Below, one piece after another: positions 11,901 through 23,343 of a DNA stretch of 64,000 nucleotides. Origin of the DNA: Antedon mediterranea (Eukaryota; Animalia; Echinodermata). The first letter of the stretch is position 1; each line of letters opens with the position of its first letter. A program made the translations under genes and the position numbers. The stretch spans positions 7,789,888-7,853,887 of the forward strand of contig NC_092676.1 in NCBI RefSeq assembly GCF_964355755.1, written 5' to 3'. Under the pieces are notes generated by a model. That model was not told the DNA's origin, ran no database searches, and saw only the letters and a list, made by a program, of their open reading frames with translations.

Positions 11901-14900
11901 GTTTTAAATTTCTTTTTATACAATCACTATCTTTCTGAAACGATCAATAAAGCAAATTTGATTTATTTTGATGATTTGTTTTTTCATAGAAATTTTCAAG
12001 ATTCAAATCACCTTGTTGCTGTAAGTTAACATACCTTTGGGGCCGACATTATGATCAGAATAACGTCAGGATGTTCATTTTTGCGGGCTAGGTCAATGGC
12101 CGTTAGGTTGTTGCTATTCCGAATGTTCACATCGCATCCGGAGTCTGTTAGAAACCTTGTGATCTTTTGTTTCCCAAGTCCAGCAGCCATATGCAGCGGT
12201 GTGTTTCCATCCTGTGATTAAAAAAAGACAATTTAGTATACACATTGAAACACTGCTTCCCATCAGATCATAGAAGTTAAGCAACGTGGGCCGCGCTACA
12301 GCTTGGATGGGAAACATCACATTCAGAAACGAATATCGGTCTATCATATGAGAGGCGGGTTTGAGATGTGTCTACAGTATGCTATTTTGCTTGTGTTCTA
12401 AAGGCAAGATACTTTACTCTCATTGCCTCTTGGCTGTTGGTCCTGTGTATTTGCATCGCCCTTGTGCACGATAAAGAACTTATTGGATGAATAGGGAATC
12501 CTCTACCAGTGTATGTTCCTTCCAGTACTCTAGATCCACTGGGAGAACAGTCCTGTACTTTAAGCTCTATCATCACTATCAAAATTTGATGTGCCTATAT
12601 ATGGACATGATCATATCTCTACCATATTTGGTCATATAACTACCATATTTTGGCACATCACACTTTTTTTGTCAAACCAGCTTGAACCAGTAGACAGAGC
12701 TTCAGTAGTCAACCAGTGTAAATAACGTAGAAACAAACATTTTAACACACACACAGACAATTTCCATATCTTGTTCTTTATTTGTCATTATTCATGAAAA
12801 GCATTACAAAACAAATACAATTGGCAACAGCAATTAATCATACCTTATTCTGCGCATTAACGTCTGCCTGAGCACTGACCATTACTCTAGTACAAGCTAT
12901 GTGGCCAAATCTAGATGCAACGTGAAGCGGCGTATCACCATGCTAAAACGAAATAAAAAAAGGAATTAGGTTAATCCGAAAAGCTATACACATTCTAAAG
13001 TTAAGACATGATAAATATTTAAGTCTAACAACAAGATCCATATTAACCATTTAAACTAGATCTTATGGAACTATCGGACACATTGATTAATCTTGACATG
13101 TTTTTCTAAACACAAACTAGATGTCCAATAATATGTTCTAAATGCACCATTTAACCATTTAACTAGATCTTATAATCAAAATTGAATAATGGTAACATTG
13201 ATTCATATTAACCTGTTTGTCTAAACACAACATTGATGTTACATGTCAATAACATGTTCTAAGTATGTTAAAATCCCATTCCCTACATTTTTTAGATCTA
13301 ATTTAAAGTCACAAACTACATTTAAGGTAAAATTAAATACTATATGGTCCTATTGCGATAACTTTTTTCGTCTTTAAATGGTTAAAAATGTGAAAAATAA
13401 GTAGTAGTGCATTGTTCCTCTCTTTTTATCATAATTTACCATACCGGTAAAATGCAAATTTAAGAGAAGGAATGACCTGATTTAATGTTTTTAAAGTAAT
13501 ATATATGCATTATTTTTACAAATGCCAAAAATCTTAGGGAATGGGGCTTTAACCATTCATCATTTAACTAAAAAACATTGATTTATCTTGATCTGTGTGT
13601 CTAAAAACAGACTTGATGTTACATGTCCAACAACATGTTCCTCCCCTAAAGGGACACATTATATCCCAGTGCTCTTTTTGTTCTCATTAAATTCTGTTTC
13701 AAAACTGACATTGTGGTCAACTTTTCTATTAAAGATGTATTATTGTCCCTCAAATAATAATAAGTTGTTCACTTCTGTAAAAAAAATTTATATTATTTTG
13801 CTTATAAAAAGACAAAAGAAAAGGTTAATTTTAACCAAAAAACCATTGTCTGACAGACATATTTTAAAATATTTTTTGCTTTCAATTACATTCTTTTGGG
13901 GTAAATAATTTTGTTTTCGATCCCGTTTTTGGTCAAAGTGAATAACTATTATGTGACATTAAAATAGCATATTCAACAAAAAACATTTTAAACATAGTTT
14001 TTTCAGGGAGATAATAAATCTTTAAATTAAATTTTTTTTGGAGTAAATAATTTTGTTTTCGATACCGTTTTTGGTCAAAGTGAATAACTATTATGTGACA
14101 TTAAAACTGCATTCAACAAAAAATAAAAAAAAAATAAACATTTTTAGGGGGACAATATATCTTTAACAAATAGAAATTTAAAACACAGAATTATCTATAA
14201 ATGTTTTGGTATGTTTGATGTAGAATGGCTGACTTGTTGAAAGCTTGTTCCACTAGCTAACTTACAGCATCTTTAATGCTTGGATGAGTACCCCCTCTCA
14301 GTAAGTTTCTCGTAGTTTGGTTGTGACCATTCTGGCATGACAAGTGAATGGCTCGTAATCCATACTGAAAAAAAAACACAATTTAGTATTAGTACTATTT
14401 TGAAGGCTTATTTACACTAGGGTGACACTAGGGTGATAATGATACCGTAACGATAAATAGATAAACACACATTTTTCTTGCATAAAACTATAGGATAATC
14501 ACAGTTATGCTGTCTTTCATAAAAATCATCAATCAAATCCAATCAAATGTCGTCATGATCAATAAAAACAATAAAATCGTATTGTCACAATATTATTGCT
14601 CTTTAATCATGACGTTTGATTTGATTGGACATGTGATAATATTATATTCATCAAAGGCAGCATAGATGGGTATCCTAATAGTTCTAGAATGAAAACTTTT
14701 TAAATTTCTTTGTTTTAGATATGAAAAATGCATATTTTTCTATTTACTGTCAATCATTATCGCCCTAGTGGTCTTACAGTATATTCTAAACTTCAGAATT
14801 TGTGGCATTCAATAACAGACCAATTTGGAAAATTGGAAATCAGGAAATCTGTATTCTTAACTATCATCTGGCCAAAAACATTAACAAAATATATATATTT

Positions 14901-17900
14901 AAACTGTTCAAATTTGCCAAAACGACAAGTATCATATTGATATTTGTTTAATAATAGAAATCGCTAATTTATAAATTAAATTGATAACTGTGAATGTGAA
15001 TATATACTGTGAATGAAACTTACTTTGTTGGCTACATGTATGTTACTCTTTCCAAATTTAAGTAGCATATCAACTGATCTACTGTAACCATTCCAAGCTG
15101 CCTCATGCAGTGCCGTGTTGCCATTCTGACAAAAAATAAACACAAATGTAGGAGGTTAAGACACTTCATTTGAAAATGATAATTTGTCCGCCGGTTCAAA
15201 AGAGTTGGTAACAAAAATGTAGTAAGTATTTATGTATTTTACAGCAGCCAGTTTGTTACTCTCCTCAATACTGCTAAATAGTAAAATTGATTTTAGGTTA
15301 TTACATAACATCATCTTTGAAACACTACTAGGACATTTCAATGGAAAATAAGCACATCTGTGTCAGTGATTTAAAAAGAGCTATGCCAACTATACAGAGA
15401 GATATAGATGTAGTATTTATATACTTTTACAGCAACAAGTGAATTACCGTACCTCTATACTCTGTTATACTTGATTCAAGTGTGTACAGTAATTATTCCA
15501 GGGAATTGTTAGTTGTCAATTAACAACTCTACGATTATTCTATTTATAACTAAAATACGTCAATGCCTTGTGAGCGCATGTAAAGCTATTTTCACCTGCT
15601 TGCTTTGTGTGTAGACGACACACAGGTATTTCATCCTTAGCAATCTCATTATGTTTTTTATTCTTATTATTTTCAAAATCGATGCTACATGTATGGGTAC
15701 AGTAACTTGATATGGTGGCGCGGTCTGGGTATTTCTTGTAGCTTAACATTGTATATTGACATTTTAATATTATTATAAAATACCAAAATCACATTAACAA
15801 TGTGAAAACAAAGTTATCCTAATGAAGATGATAAGAATACTGAATATGCATAAAATGTATCCCACAAAAACCAATGTTGAAGGGAAAGTAAATAGACAAG
15901 TCTGACCACAATTGCACCAGGACAATGTGTCTACTTAAAACAAATTAGAAATAACCACAACAGATAGCCAGTAGCACTTGGTTTACTTAACTATTACATT
16001 GTTACTAATTGATATAAAATATAAACAAGCCTGTGAACTTGCTTGTATTATATAAACATCACAGGCACAGAATACATTCTACTGTAATCCACCTGGTGAT
16101 ATACTGAAATTTAATTAATTAATTTTAAACGATAAAGATGAAGAAATCTGTGAGAATGAGAATAAGTCGCCCAAACCAAGATTCAAACCTGGAACCTTGT
16201 GCTTGATAATTATGCAGATGTCCTAATCATTAGACCACTGAGGCTTTCATGGTAATGTTCAAACTCGATTTGATACTTTCATGGTATTGTTCAAACTCGA
16301 TTTGATACTTTCATGGTAATGTTCAAACTCGATTTGATACTTTCATGGTATTGTTCAAACTCGATTGGATAGTGACTCTTTATTAACTCTTAAAGACACC
16401 TTCCCTACGTTTTTTAGATCTAATGTAAGATCACAAACTATATTTAATGTAAAAATAGTGGTCCTATCCTAATATATGGTCCTATTGCTTTTTTCGTCTT
16501 TAAATGGTTAAAAATGTAAAAAATAAGTCTAATAATTATAGCGGCCCGCTATAAATCCCAAAATTCATTGCGCGCGGATTGATATTTTTGTTTTTCTTCT
16601 GTAATTCACCCACTTTTCGATCGATCGTGAGGCCAAAACAAATGGAAGACTCCTAACTTTTCACCGAAAATACCGGGTTTTCCCCAATTTGTATCAACAG
16701 AGTCTGGCAAAAATAGAAAGAGAATTAATGCAGCAACTATACAAAGTCAGGGTAGGTATATAGCTAGCGTACGATGTTCGTACATTTAAGACAAGGAATG
16801 ACCTGGTTTAATGTTTTTAAAGTAATATATATATGTATTACATATATATATCCAAAGGCAAATTACTGAAAATAATGACAATGCTGTGGGTATCAGTGGC
16901 TGGATCTAAATGGAGATACAAAATAAAAGCGAAAAGCTAAATCAAAACGAGAAGTAAAACAGCCAGAAAAGTGTATGTATATATATATGTATTACATATG
17001 TTTTGATTTAGCTTTTCGCTTTTTTTTTTGTATCTCCATTGAGATCCAGCCACTGATACACACAGAATTGTCATTTTTTTCAGTAATTTGCCTTTGGATT
17101 TATATATATGTATTACATACCATATTATATTATATTACTACACTTTTTACAAAACTTCACAAATTGTAGGGAAGGTGTCTTTAACTCTCGGCATGGTACA
17201 GCATTTTAGTCCTCTAAATATAACTGTACAAATCATTAAACAGATGATTTCAATCAACTTAGTAAAGATTTTAGCATATTTTGGCACATATGGCGTTTCA
17301 TACATATAATATAACCAGGGAGTTTTATTTATCAATTATCTCAATTATTTAATGACACAAAAGTCTCCATCTGGTTTAATCACAGGTGTCAATGGGACAA
17401 TCTATCAGGTCATGAGTTTTAAACAAATTCTTTTACTAAGCCTTGTCTACACCTTATGTGTGATCACACATCACTACCATATTTGGCTATACCACTACCG
17501 TATTTGGCTACATCACACCTTTTTTTGTCAAACTAGTTTGATATTGTTGAGTAGTAAAGCAATCACTCAGCAGTTGTAAACAGAAAGCAACCAATTGTGA
17601 CACAAAGAGGTCAGGGTTCATGTAGGTGATGACAAAGGTCTTGTTGTAAATGTAAACATTTTGATGAAAGTAAAAATGAGGAATGGCTGAGGATATCTGA
17701 TGAGTTTTAAAACACACCCCATGATTGTTGTAAGACAAAATATACCTTCGGTCCTAAATATTATTTCTCCACATTTTTATCAATAATCTTCAAATTAAAA
17801 GGTTATAAATTACCAAGAAAAAGAGTTTCAAAAGCTATTCTAAGCAAGATGAGCAACTATGAGTTATTTAGAAATTTTAAACATATCACAAATGATCGAT

Positions 17901-20442
17901 GATTTCAGTCAATTAGGCGCCGTAGTCACATACGCAAAAAGCAGTTGTTGGTGTAACAAATGTAAGCATGCGGAGTACGGTCAATGGGGGGGTCAATGAG
18001 AGTCGTTAGTTAATGTCATGTGTACAATTTTAAGAACTAGTAAAATTCAGTATCAAATTAAATGTGTACATATTTACACAAATACTGACATTTTAAACTT
18101 AAAAGTTGTATGAAAACAAGATTCTTTATTTACATTTTTAAAATCGAACTCAATTTTGAAAGTTTCTGGCATGCATGGTCAAATAATAGCACAATATTTC
18201 TTCATATTCTTATGATGATGCTAAGGCTCTGTCTACACTATCAAAATGTATGTGACAAAAAGATTGTGATGTGCCTATATATGGATGTCATATCACTACC
18301 ATATTTGGGCACATCACACTTCTTTTTTTTTTTTGATAGTTTAGACAGAGCTTTATTACAAATAATAAAACTCAATAATATTCAAAATAGCCTCATTAAA
18401 ATGCAATTAAATTTGAACAAAATTAGCATTGCATACCATTACTAATTTACAATTAGTTTTGACAATCATTTGAATTGTTACATTACAATTAAGATGTTTT
18501 AACATAAAAGTGGGGTCAGTGTTTGTGGGTCGGTTTACCAAGAACAGAATGTAGTGTTCAGTTTTATTACCTCAATCATAAATCATGGCTTTAAGTTTAC
18601 TGTGGAAATGTTCATACAATAGTAAATTCTATTCATGTTAAATCAACTTGAATTTAAATAAAGATTACTCAAATATTATGTAGAATAGGAATCTAAATTA
18701 CAAAATCAGCTTCTTGTATAAATATTATTAAAAATAAAATATCGTTCTTATCAGGCGTGGATTTAGGCCGGGACTAAACAGGATTTAGCCCCCCTAAAAT
18801 TTAACAGCCATGTCTGTTTTAAAATAAATAATGACTGTTTTTATTTATCTGCAACCCAACGGATCGTTTATATTTTAAAAAATTTATTTATCATTTATAA
18901 AATATTTAGCCCTCATAATTTATAATGCTGGATCTGCCCCTGCTTATTGTTTGCAAGTACAGTACTATACTAAACAAACTTTTGTTGACTTTTCAAATAT
19001 TATATATATTAGTAGGAATATTATAAAAATATATTACAAAATATAGTACAGAAAGCATCTTATTATTAATTAATATTAAATATTGTTGTTTATAATATAA
19101 AGTACAACAACTACTTCTCAATTTTCTCCTATACAATACATTTAATTTTCTTGGCATCCTCCTGTAGATGCATTTTTGCATGAGGAACGTCACCTAGAAT
19201 ACTATGAAACGGAAAATGTGTTATAATTATATTTTACCTCATCTTGTCTGTCAACTGCAATGCCTTCTTCTATAAGAGCCTGTACAACATCGACATGTCC
19301 ATCTATCACAGCTCTGTGCAATGCAGTGCTGCCATACTAAAACAAAATGATTAAAAACATTAAATTGTATCTCCTTACTTACAAATGAACAGTCACTTAA
19401 TTTTCATTAAGTTCTGTTTTTTAACATTCTACTGGCTTCTCTTTTATACAAGGCACATGACCATAAAGGTTCTATTTGGCATAATAAGCATTTGTTAATA
19501 TGTTGGCACATGCAGTGTGCCATACCTATACTTGAGCTGGATAAGACTTGCGGGAAAGTTAGGTATAATGTCATACCAGGTGAGGTGTGCAGGGACTGTA
19601 CAACCAGTCAAAAGTTTAATTATTTTAACAAAGCTTTCACCTACAGTAGCTCACCCAAAGATATGATCTCTTTATTAAATCTACAGTTTTGTACTGTTCT
19701 AGGTCTTGCTATTCACATTTAGTATCTTATATGAAATTCAATCAATAGTTAACACAATTTTGATTAAATTTAAATGTGTACAATGGGTTTGTTACCCGTA
19801 AGTTTTGCAATTTCGTGCTGGCTGCTGCAACTGCTTTATCGTTTTGATTTAGGTTTTGCTAATTTTCCATCTCTATGTTGAAATTTAGCCACTGATAACC
19901 ACAACATTGTCATTTTTTCAGTAATTTGTCTTTATTACATTAATATTTAATACTAATATTATAATATTTAACATTAATATTCTTACCACATCTTGAATGT
20001 TGATCTCACAGCCTAACTGTATACAGACCTTGGCAGTTTCTGCTTGGCCGTAATAGGAAGCATAGTGAAGAGCAGTTCTACCATACTAAAAAAGAGAATA
20101 TAATTAAAATACAAATAGATTTGAACAGAGACAAGTTAGGATATCTGCTTTTAAACACATTGGAACATACACATTGAATATATGCTGAACATAAATGATG
20201 CTATATTTCACAACATGGAATTATTAGTAAACAACTTCATTATCTCTTTAAATTAATATTTCATTTCATATTTTCAATACAGTTGCGTCTACAGCATTTA
20301 CAGTACTTCTAGGACTATTTTATTAGCTTACCTTGTCGATATCAAACCTAGCCCCATCTTGCAGAAGCTCCTTTATCTTGCCCTTTTCCCCCTTGCTTGC
20401 AACTAGCCGTAGCTTATCTGATAGCTGGCTCTGGGTGGCCAT
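2889..20442 (-). CDS. ANKRD6: Ankyrin repeat domain-containing protein 6 (Diversin/diego) homologue, 11 coding exons, about 405 aa as reconstructed
   Basis: GT-AG exons, all phase 0: 20332-20442, 19987-20085, 19238-19336, 15024-15125, 14266-14364, 12844-12942, 12035-12211, 4979-5092, 4108-4248, 3125-3289, 2889-2900. The translation (LSDKLRLVASKG...GRTALH...GSTALHRAV..G..DVVQALIEEGIAVDRQD..GNTALHEAAWNG...LSCQNGHNQTTRNLL...GDTPLHVASRF...GNTPLHMAA) follows vertebrate ANKRD6 repeat by repeat, as recalled. An in-frame TAA immediately precedes the ATG. Confidence 0.85.
3125..3289 (-). CDS. ANKRD6: ANKRD6 coiled-coil-like exon KLEEKLLQESGFDKHELKKRVKEQKKIQEEIMMARVMNQPGPSQHIFYTEKQKST
   Basis: 165-nt open phase-0 exon, TTTCAG acceptor and GTATGA donor. 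Confidence 0.75.
3946..4064. mobile_element. PIF/Harbinger-type MITE (further copies about 3724-3860, 12563-12702, 17440-17545, 18225-18352)
   Basis: TIR AGCTCTGTCTAC...GTAGACAGAGCT flanked by TAA on both sides; the same internal sequence recurs at five places. Confidence 0.75.
4108..4248 (-). CDS. ANKRD6: ANKRD6 exon HNRTKTEGAENPASPGKKRKELK...KKKLKDK (NLS-like basic clusters)
   Basis: 141-nt open phase-0 exon, TTCTAG acceptor and GTACAG donor. Confidence 0.75.
4333..4512 (-). mobile_element. Dispersed SINE-like repeat family (copies 4333-4512, about 16080-16390, 52395-52483 + 57384-57475, 62611-62757)
   Basis: Shared ATTCTAAACCGCCCGGTG...GAGAATGAGAAAAAGTCGCCCCAAC...CCTAACCATTAGACCACT. The minus strand shows tRNA-like A box (TGGTCTAATGG) and B box (GGTTCGAATC in the 62.7-kb copy). 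Confidence 0.65.
4736..4960. mobile_element. Small foldback MITE (partial copy near 42365-42460)
   Basis: Imperfect inverted ends CAAGGAAATCTAACAACAGG / CCTTGTTGTTAGACTGCCTTG; homologous sequence at 42.4 kb. Confidence 0.55.
4979..5092 (-). CDS. ANKRD6: ANKRD6 basic low-complexity exon RKYQEKENAKRKGKHSQSTGAIGREVSPTRVKKEVRFK
   Basis: 114-nt open phase-0 exon, TTTAG acceptor and GTAC donor. Confidence 0.75.
5964..11507. mobile_element. Non-autonomous CACTA/EnSpm (CMC)-like foldback element with CGGGAT subterminal arrays
   Basis: Termini CCCCATA / TATAGGG with a 2-bp AG duplication. CGGGAT arrays at 5975-6485 and inverted ATCCCG arrays at about 10780-11490. Internal inverted repeat about 6497-7150 vs 9520-10143. 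Confidence 0.65.
7925..8297. repeat. Tandem duplication of an about 180-bp unit
   Basis: ACATAGAAAGGAATGCTGCAGTCTCCTCG...GTGTCTTGACG occurs twice in succession. Confidence 0.9.
12035..12211 (-). CDS. ANKRD6: ANKRD6 exon with the last ankyrin repeats DGNTPLHMAAGLGKQKITRFLTDSGCDVNIRNSNNLTAIDLARKNEHPDVILIIMSAPK
   Basis: 177-nt exon, CAG acceptor and GTATGT donor. Confidence 0.92.
12237..12320 (+). mobile_element. 5S rRNA-derived sequence (SINE3 head or 5S pseudogene)
   Basis: ATCAGATCATAGAAGTTAAGCAACGTGGGCC...CTTGGATGGGAAAC resembles the 5S internal control region (box A AGCTAAGC, box C TGGATGGGAG) but is diverged. Confidence 0.6.
12844..12942 (-). CDS. ANKRD6: ANKRD6 ankyrin exon HGDTPLHVASRFGHIACTRVMVSAQADVNAQNK
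   Basis: 99-nt exon with AG/GT boundaries and a TPLH motif. Confidence 0.92.
14266..14364 (-). CDS. ANKRD6: ANKRD6 ankyrin exon YGLRAIHLSCQNGHNQTTRNLLRGGTHPSIKDA
   Basis: 99-nt exon, TTTCAG acceptor and GTAAG donor. Confidence 0.92.
15024..15125 (-). CDS. ANKRD6: ANKRD6 ankyrin exon NGNTALHEAAWNGYSRSVDMLLKFGKSNIHVANK
   Basis: 102-nt exon, CAG acceptor and GTAAG donor. Confidence 0.92.
16394..17180. mobile_element. Kolobok-like non-autonomous DNA transposon with a nested 250-bp hairpin (16851-17098)
   Basis: TIR AGACACCTTCCCTAC / GTAGGGAAGGTGTCT with TTAA on both sides; inserted into a SINE copy. Confidence 0.75.
19238..19336 (-). CDS. ANKRD6: ANKRD6 ankyrin exon YGSTALHRAVIDGHVDVVQALIEEGIAVDRQDE
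   Basis: 99-nt exon with AG/GT boundaries, ankyrin consensus. Confidence 0.92.
19987..20085 (-). CDS. ANKRD6: ANKRD6 ankyrin exon YGRTALHYASYYGQAETAKVCIQLGCEINIQDV
   Basis: 99-nt exon, TTTAG acceptor and GTAAG donor, ankyrin consensus. Confidence 0.92.
20332..20442 (-). CDS. ANKRD6: ANKRD6 first coding exon MATQSQLSDKLRLVASKGEKGKIKELLQDGARFDIDK (exon including UTR starts at 20483)
   Basis: TTTTCAG acceptor before 20483, ATG at 20442, GTAAG donor after 20332. Confidence 0.85.
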
Positions 20443-20640
20443 TTAGGCTACCTGTTAACTATGACTCGCATTGCCAAATATGTCTGAAAAAACAAGAAGT
20501 AAATAGTAAAGTATAAATTAAATAAAAAATTGGAGCTTAAACAGTACTATACTAACCTACCTTCCAAAATAAGATGTAAAAAGACAAACATCTAAATTCT
20601 TTTCATTAGCACAGTAGGGCAACTGTTTCATTACCTGTTA

Positions 20641-21457
20641 CCGTATATTTCGGTGTATAAGTCGCACTTTTGACACGCAAATTTGACCTCTAAATTAAGG
20701 GTGCGTCTTATACACCGAACATAAATGCCTCACCACACAGATTGTACATAGGCCTAGGCTATCGTCACCTCGTTTGCTACTAACTAACGTAACGGCAACC
20801 TGCTTCTGCCTAGGCCTAGTTTTCAAGTCATTTTAGCATGATGTTATACTAAATATAATGAAAAGATTTGTTCATTATGGCGCTCCGATAAAATTTCATT
20901 TGTAAACGTTTACGTCGTACGATTGGAATAGTATTTATTTATACAGTAGTTATACGCACGATCGCCGTACCCCAAGCGCAAGCCCTTCTTTTGGTGGCAC
21001 ATGGTGTACGGTATTCGACTAGTATATTCTCCAGGTGATTATAGCATGGACCTAGCGTACACACTTCTCGGATACATAGATACTAATCGAATACGATTGT
21101 CCATGAAAACGTGCGCCCTCTCGAAATGATCGAGCGAGGCTAGCCCACACACGTGCGTGTTACACACACGGTCATGCACTCGATGTTGCGGCGAAACTCA
21201 TGAATAACAAGTTAGAAAGAACTTGTTGAGGCTGGGCGCGGTCGAGCCTAGGTAAGAAAAAACCTAAATAAAGGACGCCGTTGTAGATATAACAAAATAT
21301 ATTATTACAATAATATTGATTACAATTTAAAAAAACATTGTTTTGATGAAATATAAGGTGCGTCTTATACATCGACGATATAAAAAATACCGATATTTTA
21401 CTCTCAGTTGGGGGTGCGTCTTATACACAGGTGCGACTTATACACCGAAATATACGG
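20641..21457. mobile_element. Tc1/mariner-pogo (Tc2-like) non-autonomous element
   Basis: 27-bp perfect TIR CCGTATATTTCGGTGTATAAGTCGCAC with TA on both sides; repeated subterminal GTGCGTCTTATAC motifs. Confidence 0.85.
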
Positions 21458-23343
21458 TATACATCACAAAATGTTGATAGCTGGTCACAGGATCAAACCG
21501 TTAGTTACTGTACTAAGGATACGAAAATATGTGAAGATTTAAATCATCCTTAATAAATACTATGATAAAATGAGATAAAAAAAATACTTAACTTGCTGAG
21601 ATCGTACAATAGTTGGACAAATAGATATTTTAATTAATTTGTACGTACCTTATTCCTTCAGAAATGACATATCCTTTTGTGACTTAAGCTTTTTTATCTG
21701 TATACCATTTTGATGTTTTTATATTTTAATGAAATGTGTTTTAAGTGTTTTAACCTATATATTTATTTTTATATTCTTATTCTATGAAATACACTCAATA
21801 TATTTTGCTTTTTACTGAGGATGAAACAAAGTAAATTGAATTGAATTGATAACTACAGTAGTGAATGACTATCTTAAAAACAAAACCAGTAATACTAAAA
21901 CTAAACTAGACACAAAATACTTACAGTACTGGACTGAACAGAGGCTATTGTTAGAACAAAAGAATTAAACAAACATTATGCAGTAGGTCTACTCTCTGGA
22001 GTATTCTCATTGGTTTATTTAAGAGGTTGTACCAGCTAGGAACAAAATAGGAACAAAATACAGTATTTTTTTATTTCAATGAAATTCAAAGAACTGCTCA
22101 TTCCATTTCAACTAACACTTACCTGTACATACTGTTGGGCAACATGCTGAGAGGCATAATGCCAAAATAATTACGTTCCTCAGTTTTAGATTTTGACTAT
22201 ATGGTAGGCTATACAGTAAATACCACAACACAGCTGTGTGTAATATGAAGCTACTGTAGACTGTACTACTATACTAAAGCTTACCAACTATAGGTACCAC
22301 ATAACATGAATAAAACATGTACTGTATAGCTTCTACTGTAATACTACAGTATATAATACATTAGAAGGAGGAAACGTGGGATACTGTTAATGCAACAGGC
22401 AGTTGGGAATCTAAGTCCATGTCATCAGCATCAATGGTTACAAAGGGTACATGGTGAGAGGCATAAAGCCAGTTATTACAGTCCCAGTGGAAATGGTTAG
22501 GTGTTAAATACCTGTATTATTGCCTAATTAGATTCATCCTGTGTGAAAGAATGACTTTGAAACTGTCAGTGTCAACATTTTAATTTTACCTATTCTCCCA
22601 TGTTCACCATATGAATAGATTTTCAAACTATTTAAAGTTGATCAAACCATAGAGATATTATAATATCTCTAATGATCAAACATTAATACAAAACAAAATC
22701 TACAAAACCAATTGATGCACTGAAGCTTATACATGTGATTGAAGATTGAAATATTTAATCATGATTTTCATTACTGTATACAATTTTTTTTTTCTTATTC
22801 CTATTCAATTTAAATACTGAACAGTGTACTTATCATAGAGTTGTTATTTTAAAACTCTCCGGTAAAACATAAAAAGTAAAAATTGTAATTTGTTTGCACA
22901 TAAAAATCATTATTTGAAGTTTTTTTATCTTTAATTTTAATTCAATTTCAATACTGTATACGATGTCATGTAAAATCTGGGAGTTGTTATTTTACAGCTC
23001 TTTGGTAAACCGTTTTAAATTGAGACACAAAGTCCAATTAAAGTTGATAAAATAACTTAAAAAAATTAAAGAATAGTAAAAATTGAACTCTGTAAAATGT
23101 TTGTAGCTTTTTCCAATTCAATTTCAATACTGTACTAACTACTAACTATATACAATGTAAAATCTCGCAGTTGTTATTTTACAGCTCTTTGGTAAATGTA
23201 CAACAGTCTTAATGGTCTCGGTCCAACCAAAATTGGTAACAATAATAACATGAAAGCAAAAATGAACTGCAAAACTTGTTCACACATAAAAATAAGCAAC
23301 ATTCCAATTGAATTACTTTTTTTTATACAGACAGGCCTTACAT

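Larger units (their letters stand above)
5133..11901 (+). mobile_element. Non-autonomous Helitron/Helentron-like element (about 1.2 kb of its own sequence) carrying a nested 5.5-kb insertion
   Basis: A|TC 5' end and CTAG|T 3' end; 3' hairpin AACTCGTC-cgtagt-GACGAGTT (11871-11892); subterminal inverted repeat GGTTATCCGCA (5138) / TGCGGATAACC (11859); 5' stem-loop at 5138-5162. Confidence 0.75.

Noticed and set aside
12237-12320. Functional 5S rRNA gene
   Set aside because: Too diverged, ends not recognisable, not in an array.
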